Shown: positions 51,195 to 60,462 of the stretch, piece by piece
How positions within the stretch are numbered: the first letter of the stretch is position 1
Layout of the letters: each line of letters starts with the position of its first letter
Assembly (NCBI GenBank): GCA_963704725.1
Contig: OY969934.1
Coordinates: 1,728,001 to 1,792,000 of the forward strand
Direction: 5' to 3'
DNA from: an uncultured Actinomycetes bacterium
GTDB lineage: Bacteria; Actinomycetota; UBA4738; HRBIN12
Length of the DNA stretch: 64,000 nt
Made by a program: the position numbers and the translations under genes
Notes under the pieces: generated by a model
Told to the model about the DNA's origin: nothing
Databases searched by the model: none
Seen by the model: only the letters and a program-made list of their open reading frames with translations

Positions 51195-51638
51195 ATGACC
51201 GAGCAGACCGAGGGTCAGATCGTCATCGAGGCCTCCGCGGCCGAGATCATGGACGTGCTGACCGACTTCGAGGCCTACCCTCAATGGGCCGACGTGAAGT
51301 CCGCCACGGTGCTCGAGCGCGGGGAGGGCGGTCTCGGCACCCGGGTGGCCTTCGAGGTCGACGTCCCGGTCCTGGGACGGGCGAGCTACACGCTCGCGTA
51401 CCGGTACGCGCCCGGCGACGGCGGGATGTCGTGGGTCTCGACCGAGGCCCGCGGCGCCGTGTCCGACATCTCCGGCGAGTACCTGCTCAGCGAGGTCGAC
51501 GACGACGAGACCAAGGTGATCTACCGGCTCTCGGTCAACCTGGGGGTGCTGCTGCCGGGGTTCGTCCGGACGCAGGGCGAGAAGCGCGTGATCGAGAACG
51601 CGCTCGAGGGCCTGAAGCGCCGCGTCGAGCTGGGCTGA
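51195..51638 (+). CDS. SRPBCC/cyclase family protein
   Basis: DFEAYPQW...ALEGLKRRVE. Confidence 0.88.
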   Translation: MTEQTEGQIVIEASAAEIMDVLTDFEAYPQWADVKSATVLERGEGGLGTRVAFEVDVPVLGRASYTLAYRYAPGDGGMSWVSTEARGAVSDISGEYLLSEVDDDETKVIYRLSVNLGVLLPGFVRTQGEKRVIENALEGLKRRVELG

Positions 51639-51683
51639 CCGCGCCGGTTCGGCGGGCCGCCGCCCGCGCTAGGCTGTGGCCAG

Positions 51684-52892
51684 ATGCGCGTCCTGCTGTT
51701 CACCGGGAAGGGCGGCGTGGGCAAGACCACCGTCGCCGCCGCCACCTCGGTCCGAGCCGCGCAGGCCGGCCACCGGACGCTGGTGATGAGCACCGACCCC
51801 GCGCACTCCCTCGCGGACTCGTTCGACATCGAGATCGGCGAGAGCGCCACGCCGGTCGCCGCGAACCTGTGGGCGGAGCAGATCGACGCCCAGAGCCGGC
51901 TCGAGAGCAACTGGCGCGAGATCCAGGACTACTTCATCCAGCTCATGAACTGGGCCGGCGTCGACACGATCCAGGCCGAGGAGCTTTCGGTGATTCCCGG
52001 GCTGGACGAGATCTTCAGCCTGATCGACGTGAAGACGCACGTCGAGAGCGGGAAGTACGACCTCCTGGTCGTCGACTGCGCGCCGACCGCCGAGACGCTC
52101 CGTCTCCTGTCGCTGCCGGAGATCATGAACTGGTACATCGAGCGGATCTTCCCCGTGCAGCGCCGTCTGGTGAAGGGCGTCCGCCCGATCGTGACGAAGA
52201 TGACGTCGTTGCCCATCGCCGGCGATCGCTTCTTCTCGGCCGTCGAGCGCCTGCACCGCAACCTGGATTCGGTGCACCGGATCCTCACGGACGAGGCGGC
52301 CTCGACGATCCGGCTGGTGGTGAACCCGGAGAAGATGGTGATCGCGGAGGCGCGTCGCACGTACACCTACCTCGGGCTCTTCGGGTACCGCGTCGACGCC
52401 GTGGTCGTGAACCGCATCATCCCGGAGGACGTGGCCGATCCGTACTTCGCCAAGTGGAAGGACATCCAGGCGGAGCACCTTCGGACCGTGCACGAGTCGT
52501 TCGAGCCGATCCCGATCCTGACCGCGCGGCTGTTCGATCGCGAGATGATCGGCGTCTCGCTGCTCGAGGACATGGGCCGCGAGGTCTACGGGGAGCGCTC
52601 GGTCACCGACGTGTTCTTCCGCGACCAGCCGATCCGCGTCCGACGCCGGGCCGGGGGATACGTCCTCGTGATGCGGCTCCCGTTCGTCTCGCGGGAGGAC
52701 ATGGACATCCATCGCCGGGGCGAGGAGCTCTACGTCCGGGTCGGCACCTACAAGCGCAACCTGGTGCTGCCCCAGACGCTGCAACGGTTGGAGGTCCGCG
52801 GCGCGAACTTCGTGGGCGACCAGCTCGAGATCGCGTTCACCCGGGCCACGCCGTCCGAGGCCGAAGGAACCGGAGGGAGGACACGTGCCTGA
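51684..52892 (+). CDS. ArsA/Get3-family ATPase with HSP20-like C-terminus
   Basis: GKGGVGKTT, STDPAHSL, DCAPT. Confidence 0.93.
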   Translation: MRVLLFTGKGGVGKTTVAAATSVRAAQAGHRTLVMSTDPAHSLADSFDIEIGESATPVAANLWAEQIDAQSRLESNWREIQDYFIQLMNWAGVDTIQAEELSVIPGLDEIFSLIDVKTHVESGKYDLLVVDCAPTAETLRLLSLPEIMNWYIERIFPVQRRLVKGVRPIVTKMTSLPIAGDRFFSAVERLHRNLDSVHRILTDEAASTIRLVVNPEKMVIAEARRTYTYLGLFGYRVDAVVVNRIIPEDVADPYFAKWKDIQAEHLRTVHESFEPIPILTARLFDREMIGVSLLEDMGREVYGERSVTDVFFRDQPIRVRRRAGGYVLVMRLPFVSREDMDIHRRGEELYVRVGTYKRNLVLPQTLQRLEVRGANFVGDQLEIAFTRATPSEAEGTGGRTRA

Positions 52893-53178
52893 ATCACGCG
52901 CCAGCGGAGGCCGGACACGCCGGCCGGCGGAGCCGGTATCCCCGAACGGGGACGCGGGGAAGGGAACGCGAGGTCTCGTCTGCAACGTCGCGTTCTGTCC
53001 GATCTGCATGGCCGTCACGGCCGCGCAGGGGGCGGCCCCGGACGCGGTCGAGCATCTGCTGAAGGCGGCCGGGGAGTTCTTCCTCGCCGCGCGCGCCGTG
53101 ATCGACGTCCGCGGCGACCACCTCGCCGGCCGGAGTGACGCCGGCCCTGCAACGCTCGAGAGGATCGACATCGCATGA
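52885..53178 (+). CDS. Hypothetical protein (DUF5304-like) downstream of ArsA
   Basis: C.VAFCPIC, PDAVEHL, ERIDI end; overlaps both neighbours. Confidence 0.7.
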   Translation: MPESRASGGRTRRPAEPVSPNGDAGKGTRGLVCNVAFCPICMAVTAAQGAAPDAVEHLLKAAGEFFLAARAVIDVRGDHLAGRSDAGPATLERIDIA

Positions 53179-54299
53179 CCGAGCTCGACCGAAGCCTGCT
53201 GCGCAAGCTGGCCGACTGGGACAGCGCCGGCGCCCCGATCACGTCGCTCTACCTGACCGTCGACGGTCGCCGGTTCCCCCGCAAGACCGACTACCAGGTG
53301 CGGCTCGACGAGCTCCTTCGCGAGGCCCGCACGAGCGCCGAGGCCCTGGACCGCGACGGGGCGCGCTCGGTCGAGCGGGACGTCGTGGCCATGTCCGAGT
53401 TCGTGCGGGAGGAGTTCGAGCGCGGCGACACGCGGGGTCTGGCGATGTTCGCCGCGAGCGCGGCCGGCCTGTGGGAGGTCGTTCTCGTGCCGCGTCCCGT
53501 CCGCGACCGAGTCGTCGTGGCGGCCCAGCCGGACCTGCTGCCGATGGAGGCCCTGCTCGAGACGTACCGGCCGATGTGCGCCGCGCTCGTGGACTACGCG
53601 CGAGGGCGGCTCTTCCTCATGGAGCTGGGTCGCCTCGAGGAGGTGTCGGACGTCGCCGACGACGTCCCGAACCGCCACGACCAGGGCGGGCGCGAGCAGC
53701 TGCGGAGGCAGCGGCACGTCGACGACCACCGAACCAAGCACCTCAAGAACGTGGCGGACGCCCTGTTCGCGCTGTTCCGGCGGCGGCCCTTCGAGCACCT
53801 GGTGCTGGCGGGCCCGGCGGAGGCGCACCGGGAGATCGAGGCCCTGCTGCACGACTACGTCCGGCGCCGGATCTGCGCGAGCGTCACCCTGCCGATGACG
53901 GCGAGCGGACCCGAGGTGCTCTCGCGGATGCTCGAGGCCGAAGAATCGGTCGAACGCGAGCGCGAGCGCGCGGCGATCGAACGCGTGACCGACGCGGTGT
54001 CGGCGAACGCACATGGCGTGGTGGGGCTCGAGGCGACGCTCGACGCGCTGGCCGCGGGCCGGGTCGCCGAGCTCATCGTCTCGATCGACGTCTCGTCGCC
54101 GGGGACGGTGTGTCCGACGTGCGGCCGCCTGGCCATCGGCGCCGCGCGCTGCGGAGCCTGCGGCGCCGAGACCGAGCGCGTGCCCGACGTCGTCGAGGCC
54201 GCGGTCACGACCGCGGTGCGCAGCGGCTCGCTGGTGGAGACGGTGCTGGGCGACGGGCTCGACGAGCTCGAGGGGATCGGTGCGCTGCTGCGCTTCTGA
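53175..54299 (+). CDS. Bacterial archaeo-eukaryotic release factor-like protein (baeRF10-like)
   Basis: SLYL, HDQGGREQ.R.QRH, LVLAGP, CPTC...CGAC ribbon, GIGALLRF terminus. Confidence 0.85.
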   Translation: MTELDRSLLRKLADWDSAGAPITSLYLTVDGRRFPRKTDYQVRLDELLREARTSAEALDRDGARSVERDVVAMSEFVREEFERGDTRGLAMFAASAAGLWEVVLVPRPVRDRVVVAAQPDLLPMEALLETYRPMCAALVDYARGRLFLMELGRLEEVSDVADDVPNRHDQGGREQLRRQRHVDDHRTKHLKNVADALFALFRRRPFEHLVLAGPAEAHREIEALLHDYVRRRICASVTLPMTASGPEVLSRMLEAEESVERERERAAIERVTDAVSANAHGVVGLEATLDALAAGRVAELIVSIDVSSPGTVCPTCGRLAIGAARCGACGAETERVPDVVEAAVTTAVRSGSLVETVLGDGLDELEGIGALLRF

Positions 54300-54320
54300 G
54301 CGCTCGGACGGGGGGAACCG

Positions 54321-55280
54321 GTGAGCGAAGGCGAGGCCGTCGGGATCGACGTCGGCGGCACGAAGATCAACGCGTTCCGCGTGGCGCGCGACGGCGAGAT
54401 CCTGGATCGCAAGAGCGTCCCCACGCCGGCCGACGATCCGGAGGCCACGCTCGCCGCGATGATCGATCTCGCGCGGGCCACGGTGACCGACGACGTCCTC
54501 GCGATCGGCGTCGGGGCGGCCGGCATGGTCGACGCCGCCGACGGCGTGCTGCGCTTCGCTCCGAACCTGGCGTGGCGGGACCTGCCGATCGCCGCGCGTA
54601 TGCGTGAGGCCCTCGACCTGCCATGCCAGATCGACAACGACGCGAACGTGGCGGCGTACGGCGAGTACCGCTTCGGCGCGGGCCGGGGGTTCCGCCACAT
54701 GCTCCTCGTCGCCGTGGGCACCGGGATCGGCGGGGGGATCATCTCGGAGGGCCGTCTGTTCCGCGGGGCCAACGGTTTCGCCGCCGAGATCGGCCACTTC
54801 GTCGTGGAGCCGGGGGGTCCGCTGTGCGGGTGCGGCAACCGGGGCTGCTGGGAGCAGGTGGCCGCCGGCCGGGCCATCGACCGTATGGGCCGTGAGGCCG
54901 CCCGGGAGCACGAGCGCTCGGTCCTTCGGCGGCTCGCGGGGGGCGATCCCGAGCGGGTCGACGGCCGGCTGGTCACCGAGGCCGCTCGGCAGGGCGACGA
55001 GCCCGCGCTGCGCGTGCTGTCCGAGGTCGGGCGGCGGCTGGGCGAGGGGATCGGCGGGCTGGTGAACATCCTGGACCCGCAGATCGTCGTGGTGGGGGGC
55101 GGAGCCATCCGCGCGGGCGACCTGCTGCTCGAGCCGGCCCGCGCCGCGTACCACGACGCCGTGCAGGCGCCCGATCACCGGCCGAGGGTGCCCATCGTCG
55201 CCGCCCAGCTCGGGAACGACGCGGGGGCGGTGGGGGCGGCGGTCCTGGCGCTCGAGGAGCTCGGCCGCATGCGGGCGTGA
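54321..55280 (+). CDS. ROK-family glucokinase
   Basis: GIDVGGT, NDAN, GTGIGGG, EIGH, CGCGNRGCWE. Confidence 0.93.
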   Translation: MSEGEAVGIDVGGTKINAFRVARDGEILDRKSVPTPADDPEATLAAMIDLARATVTDDVLAIGVGAAGMVDAADGVLRFAPNLAWRDLPIAARMREALDLPCQIDNDANVAAYGEYRFGAGRGFRHMLLVAVGTGIGGGIISEGRLFRGANGFAAEIGHFVVEPGGPLCGCGNRGCWEQVAAGRAIDRMGREAAREHERSVLRRLAGGDPERVDGRLVTEAARQGDEPALRVLSEVGRRLGEGIGGLVNILDPQIVVVGGGAIRAGDLLLEPARAAYHDAVQAPDHRPRVPIVAAQLGNDAGAVGAAVLALEELGRMRA

Positions 55281-56185
55281 GCGCGATGCGCCTCGGCCTG
55301 GTCCTGCCGCTGGCGACGTCCGACGCCGCCCGCGTGCTCTCGTACGCCCGGCGCGCCGAGGCCCTGGGGTTCGACGGCGTGTTCGCGTTCGACCACCTGT
55401 TCCCGCCGGGGGCGGCCTCGGACCGGCCCTCCCTCGACGGCTTCGCGTCGCTGTCGGCCGTCGCGGCCGTCACCGAGCGGGTGCGGATCGGCACGCTCGT
55501 GGCCCGCGCGTCGCTGCGCTCTGCCGGGCTGCTGGCCAAGCAGGCGGTGACGATCGACGGCATCAGCGGAGGCCGGTTCGTCCTGGGGATCGGGACCGGC
55601 GACGCCCTGAGCCGCGCCGAGCACGTCGCGTTCGGCCTGCCGTACCTGGGGCCGAAGACGCGCCGGGACCATCTCGCCGAGACCGTCCGGGCCGTACACG
55701 CGCTCTTCCGCGGGCAGGCGTACCCCGGCGGCGTCCACGTCCCCGCCGCGACGGGCCCGCTGCTGCCGCCGCCCACGACGCCGGGCGGCCCGCCGGTGTG
55801 GATCGGCGGCACGTCCGAGGCCGCGGTGCGGCTGGCCGCGGTCGAGGCCGACGGGTGGAACGGCTGGGGCCTCGACGTTTCGACGTTCGCCGCCCGCGCG
55901 GAGCTGCTGCGATCCGAGGCCGCCGGCCGTCCGGTCGAGGCGACGTGGGGGGGAACGGTCGTCGTCGGCCACGACGAGGCGGACGCCCGGTCGCTGGGCG
56001 CCGAACGCCGGCGACGGGGGCTCGCGCCGGACGCGTTCGTCGGCGACGTCGAGGGCGCGGCCCGGTGGCTCGGCGAGCTGTCCGAGGCGGGGGCGTCCTG
56101 GGCCGTCCTGCTCGTCGCGGGCGGGGCGGCCCGGCTCGAGATCCTCGGCGAGGCCATGCCGGTCCTGGTCGCGGCCGGCGGATGA
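55277..56185 (+). CDS. LLM-class flavin-dependent oxidoreductase
   Basis: GFDGVFAFDH, SGGRFVLGIG, ADGWN. Confidence 0.88.
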   Translation: MSAMRLGLVLPLATSDAARVLSYARRAEALGFDGVFAFDHLFPPGAASDRPSLDGFASLSAVAAVTERVRIGTLVARASLRSAGLLAKQAVTIDGISGGRFVLGIGTGDALSRAEHVAFGLPYLGPKTRRDHLAETVRAVHALFRGQAYPGGVHVPAATGPLLPPPTTPGGPPVWIGGTSEAAVRLAAVEADGWNGWGLDVSTFAARAELLRSEAAGRPVEATWGGTVVVGHDEADARSLGAERRRRGLAPDAFVGDVEGAARWLGELSEAGASWAVLLVAGGAARLEILGEAMPVLVAAGG

Positions 56186-56186
56186 G

Positions 56187-56780
56187 GTGACCGAGCTCCC
56201 CTCGCACCGGCTGAAGCAGGCCAAGCGCGCGCTCCGGCGCGCCGTGCTGGAGCGTCGCGACGCGACCCTGCCCGCCGAGCGGGCCGATCGAGGCCGCCGC
56301 ATCGTGGACCGGGCCCTGTCGCTGCCGGAGGTTGTTGATGTCGGCACCGTGATGGCGTTCTGGTCGTTCGGATCGGAGGTCGACACGGGGCCGCTCATCG
56401 AGCGCCTGCACCGGGCGGGCACGCGCGTCGTGCTTCCCCGCGTCGAGGGCGAGGACGTCGTGGCGGTCGGCTACGAGCCCGGCGACGCCGTGGCGCCGGC
56501 GCGGTTCGGCGCGATGGAGCCGACGGGTCTCGAGGTGGTCGAGCCCGGCCGGATCGACGTCGTGGTGGTGCCGGGGGTGGCGTTCGACCGCGACGGGGGC
56601 CGCGTCGGCTACGGAGGCGGCTTCTACGACCGGTTCCTCGGCCGGACCGGGCGGGGCGTGCCGGCCATCGCGATCGCGTTCGCCCTGCAGGTCGTGGATC
56701 GCGTCCCGGGCGGGCACCGCGACCGGCCGGTGGACGCGATCGTCACGGAGGACGAGGTGATCCGGTGCCGGCCGGCCTGA
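56187..56780 (+). CDS. 5-formyltetrahydrofolate cyclo-ligase
   Basis: VPGVAFD..G.RVGYGGGFYDR. Confidence 0.93.
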   Translation: MTELPSHRLKQAKRALRRAVLERRDATLPAERADRGRRIVDRALSLPEVVDVGTVMAFWSFGSEVDTGPLIERLHRAGTRVVLPRVEGEDVVAVGYEPGDAVAPARFGAMEPTGLEVVEPGRIDVVVVPGVAFDRDGGRVGYGGGFYDRFLGRTGRGVPAIAIAFALQVVDRVPGGHRDRPVDAIVTEDEVIRCRPA

Positions 56781-57400
56781 CGCCCGGACCGCCGCCCAGG
56801 GCGATGCGGCGCCAGCACTGGCGGCGCGCCGCCTTCGCCGCCCTCGACTTCGAGACCACGGGGCTGGACTACGAGCGGGACGCGGTCGTCTCGTACGGGC
56901 TGGTGCCGATCCGCTCCGGGCGGGTCGTGCTGGGGGAGGCCGCCCACGAGCTCGTCGCGGCCGGCGTTCGGTCGACGCCGGTGTCGATGAAGATCCACCA
57001 CATCCTGCCGCGCGACCTGCACGAGGCGCTCCCACCGGAGGAGGCGGCCGAACGGCTGCGGGCGGCGCTGGCCGGACGGTTCCTGCTGACGTGGTATGCG
57101 GACGTCGAGATCGCGTTCCTCCGGCGCCTGCTCGGCGAACGCCGCCGCCCCTGGGTCCGGCGCACGGTCGACGTCCGGCGGTTGGCCATCGAGCTCGAGC
57201 ACGCGGACCCGGACGTGCGTACGGGGCTGTCGGCGGCCGCGGCCCGGTACGGCGTCCCCGTCGCGAGCCCCCACGAGGCGCTCGACGACGCCCTCGTCAC
57301 CGCCCAGCTCTTCCTGGTCCTGGCGGCCAAGCTCGAGAGCCGGGGGTTCGGGTCCGTCCGGAGCTTCCAGCGGCTCACCGCGGTCGGCCGCCGAGCTTGA
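56765..57400 (+). CDS. DnaQ-like 3'-5' exonuclease
   Basis: LDFETTG, HEALDDA. Confidence 0.85.
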   Translation: MPAGLTPGPPPRAMRRQHWRRAAFAALDFETTGLDYERDAVVSYGLVPIRSGRVVLGEAAHELVAAGVRSTPVSMKIHHILPRDLHEALPPEEAAERLRAALAGRFLLTWYADVEIAFLRRLLGERRRPWVRRTVDVRRLAIELEHADPDVRTGLSAAAARYGVPVASPHEALDDALVTAQLFLVLAAKLESRGFGSVRSFQRLTAVGRRA

Positions 57401-57459
57401 ACGGTCAGTCAAAGACGTGGGAGGATGCCGCGGCATCGACCCACGGGGAGGGCCCGGGC

Positions 57460-58566
57460 ATGAGCGACGAGGCGATCACGACCGCGTTCCACGAGGTCAC
57501 GCAGGCGCAGGGCGGGACGCATGTCGCCGACGGTGGGTGGATGTGGCTCGAGGGCTTCGGCGACGTGTCCAAGGAGTACGCGGCCGTCCGCGACGACGTC
57601 GCCGTGTGGGACGTCTCGCCGCTCAACAAGTGGGACTTCAGGGGCCCGGACGCCCTGCGCGCCGCGCAGTGGCTGTTCAGCAACGACGTCATGGGGCTCG
57701 CGGTGGGGCAGGCCCGCTACGGCGCGTTCCTGGACCCCGACGGGCTCATGGTCGACGACGGCACCGTGTTCAACACGGCGCGCGAGGACCACTGCTGGGT
57801 GATGACGAACGGGAAGGACCACGACGCCTACTTCGCCGAGATGCTCGAGGGATTCGACGTCGGGTTCGAGTGGATCGCGCCGCGGATGCCGCACCTCGGC
57901 GTCATCGGCCCGCGCTCCCGCGAGGTCGTACAGAAGCTCACCGACGCCGACGTCGGTTCGCTGCGGTACTTCCGGTTCCTGCCTCGGCCCGTGACGGTGG
58001 GCGGGGTCGAGGTCTACCTCTCCCGCACCGGATTCGGCGGCGAGCTGGGCTACGAGCTGTTCCTGACGGACCCGGCGAACGCGCCCGACCTGTGGAACGC
58101 CGTGATCGGAGCGGGCGCGACGCCGTTCGGCACGGAGGCGATCGAGATCCTGCGGATCGAGGCCGGCCTGATCGTGACGGACTACGACTACGAGGCCCAC
58201 GTCCGCACACCGTTCGACTTCGGCCTGGACCGGCTCGTCGCGCTCGACCGCGACGTCGAGTTCGCGGGCAAGGACGTGCTGCGCCGGATCGCCGCCGCGC
58301 CGCCCAACCGCTTCGTGACCCTGCGGCTCGAGGGCGACGCGCTCCCCGAGTACGGCGCGTTGGTGACCAAGGACGGCCACGACCTGGGGGTCCTGACGAG
58401 CCCGGCGGACAGTCCCCGCTTCGGGAAGATCGGGCTGGCGATCATGGAGGCCGGTCATGCCGCTCCGGGCACCGAGGTCGAGGCGGCCGTGGGCGAGGGC
58501 AGGGCACCCGCCACCGTGGACGTCTGTCCGATCTACGACACCGACAAGCTCCGGCCCCGCGCCTGA
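57460..58566 (+). CDS. Aminomethyltransferase (GcvT family)
   Basis: WDVSP, DDGT, SRTGFGGELGYE, LRIEAG. Confidence 0.9.
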   Translation: MSDEAITTAFHEVTQAQGGTHVADGGWMWLEGFGDVSKEYAAVRDDVAVWDVSPLNKWDFRGPDALRAAQWLFSNDVMGLAVGQARYGAFLDPDGLMVDDGTVFNTAREDHCWVMTNGKDHDAYFAEMLEGFDVGFEWIAPRMPHLGVIGPRSREVVQKLTDADVGSLRYFRFLPRPVTVGGVEVYLSRTGFGGELGYELFLTDPANAPDLWNAVIGAGATPFGTEAIEILRIEAGLIVTDYDYEAHVRTPFDFGLDRLVALDRDVEFAGKDVLRRIAAAPPNRFVTLRLEGDALPEYGALVTKDGHDLGVLTSPADSPRFGKIGLAIMEAGHAAPGTEVEAAVGEGRAPATVDVCPIYDTDKLRPRA

Positions 58567-58572
58567 TCCGGG

Positions 58573-59667
58573 TCAGTCGCGGAGCAGTCGTTCGACGACG
58601 CCCCGGAGCTCCTGTGCCGAGAACCCGAGCGTGGCATCCCCGACCTCGAGCTCGGCTCGCTGCACCCCGGGGACGTCGGAGGCCCAGAACGAGAAGGTCC
58701 AGATGCGCTCCTGCTCGGCCAGGCGAGCGACGGCGGCCCGCAGAGACCCCGCCTCCCGGCGCACGAACACGTGCATCATCGTCGTGTGCGGGGGATCGGG
58801 CAGCACCTCCACGTCAGGGAGGTCGCGGAGCGCCTCCGCGATCTCGAGGGCCCGTTCCCGGTAGGACGCGATGCGCGGGAACCTGGTCCGCAGGCCGTTC
58901 AGTCCCGAGGCCGCCAGCGGCCACAGGGTCCAGAGCGTGCCGCCGTGCCGCCTCCGCCACTCCCGAGCGTCCGCCACGACGTCCTGTGGCCCGGCCAGGC
59001 AGGCGCCGGCCAGCCCGCCGAGCTGCTTGTAGAACGACACGTACACGGTGTCGAAGGGCTCGGAGATCTCGGCGAGCGAGCGGCCGTAGAACGACTCGCA
59101 CCCCCACAGGCGGGCGCCGTCCATGTGGACGGCCGCGCCCCGGCTCCTGGCCCACTCTGCCTGTGCTAGCAGCTCGTCCCAGGAAGGGAGCTGCCCCCCG
59201 ATCTCCCGCTGGGGGAGCTCGAGCAGCAGCGCCGCCGGCGACTCGGAGACGGAGCGCAGGTCATCGAGCGTGAGCAGGCGGGTGGCATCGCCGACCGGTC
59301 GGCCGTGGAGCCCGTGCAGACGTTCGTATCCCCGCCCCTCGAAGAGGTCGAGGTGACAGGTCGGGTGGAACAGGATGGTCCGGCGACCCCGGCGGTCGGC
59401 GTGGACGCGCAGCGCGATCTGCTGCCCCATGGTCCCGCTGGGGAAGAACGCGGCCGACGGCTTGCCGAGGACGGAGGCCGCCTCGCGCTCGAGCTCCTCG
59501 ACCACACCACCCTCGCCGTAGACGTCGGGAGCGGCGTCCGGGGGGATCTCCGCGAGGTAGTCGGCCGGGGGGCGCCATCCGTGCCAGCTCAGGAACCGGG
59601 TGCACGCCCGCCGAAGCGAGTCCATCTCCTGCGGTGAGACCTCCGCGACCCCGTTCTCGGTCGTCAT
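58573..59667 (-). CDS. Low-specificity threonine aldolase family (PLP)
   Basis: PSGTMGQ, HMDGARLW, YVSFYK. Confidence 0.88.
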   Translation of the reverse strand: MTTENGVAEVSPQEMDSLRRACTRFLSWHGWRPPADYLAEIPPDAAPDVYGEGGVVEELEREAASVLGKPSAAFFPSGTMGQQIALRVHADRRGRRTILFHPTCHLDLFEGRGYERLHGLHGRPVGDATRLLTLDDLRSVSESPAALLLELPQREIGGQLPSWDELLAQAEWARSRGAAVHMDGARLWGCESFYGRSLAEISEPFDTVYVSFYKQLGGLAGACLAGPQDVVADAREWRRRHGGTLWTLWPLAASGLNGLRTRFPRIASYRERALEIAEALRDLPDVEVLPDPPHTTMMHVFVRREAGSLRAAVARLAEQERIWTFSFWASDVPGVQRAELEVGDATLGFSAQELRGVVERLLRD

Positions 59668-59868
59668 GCCGGCGTCCTCTCCAAGCGGAGCGCGTGAGTC
59701 TATCCGGAGAACGGGACCCGGGAACCGGAGCCGCGAACGTGGATGGATGACACCCGTCTTCCCCTCCCGCGCCTGGTCACATCGGGCCGGTTGACGCCGG
59801 GCGCCCGCGGGCTACACTCGTGGAATTACGGGCGTGTGATTTCGCCCGGATCGGGGAGAGGAGACGCG

Positions 59869-60051
59869 ATGCCGCTCCACACGTGCGCACCCCCGCTGGG
59901 ATCGGAGCCGATGTCGCTCTGGGTCTGTCAGGACTGCGGGTCGACCTGGGAGGCCGTGCCCTGGAACGGCGTCTTCGACTTCGATCGGAGCGAGGCCGTC
60001 ACGCGGGCCGAGTGGATCCTGGTCGAGGGCCCCACGCAGCTGGCGGGCTGA
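59869..60051 (+). CDS. Small hypothetical protein (HxC...CxxC)
   Basis: GAGGAG RBS; MPLHTC...WVCQDCGSTW; TTGACG-N16-TACACT upstream. Confidence 0.6.
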   Translation: MPLHTCAPPLGSEPMSLWVCQDCGSTWEAVPWNGVFDFDRSEAVTRAEWILVEGPTQLAG

Positions 60052-60055
60052 TCGC

Positions 60056-60451
60056 ATGGCCGTGGACCTTCGAGTCGTCGAGACGCTCGCTCCGCCGCCC
60101 GGGTACTCGCACGTGGCGGTGGCCCGGGGCGGCGGGACCATGGTCTTCACGGCCGGCGCCGTTCCCCTCGACGCGCAGGGGAACCTGGTGGGCGAGGGCG
60201 ATGCGGTTGCCCAGGCGGCGCGGGTGATCGAGAACCTCCTCACGGCGCTCGAGGCCGGCGGCGCACGTCCCACTGACGTGGCCAAGACGACCGTCTACGT
60301 CGCCGGCGGGAGCCATGACACCCAGTCGTCCGTGTGGCAGGTCGTGCGGTCTTCGGCCATCGGCGCCGCGCCCAGCACGCTCGTCGGTGTGCCGACCCTG
60401 GGGTACCGCGGCCAGCTCGTCGAGGTCGAGGCCATCGCGCTCCTCGACTGA
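60056..60451 (+). CDS. RidA/YjgF family protein
   Basis: YSHV, FTAG, P.STL.GV..L, LVEVEAIA. Confidence 0.9.
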   Translation: MAVDLRVVETLAPPPGYSHVAVARGGGTMVFTAGAVPLDAQGNLVGEGDAVAQAARVIENLLTALEAGGARPTDVAKTTVYVAGGSHDTQSSVWQVVRSSAIGAAPSTLVGVPTLGYRGQLVEVEAIALLD

Positions 60452-60462
60452 GGCGCCGGCCC

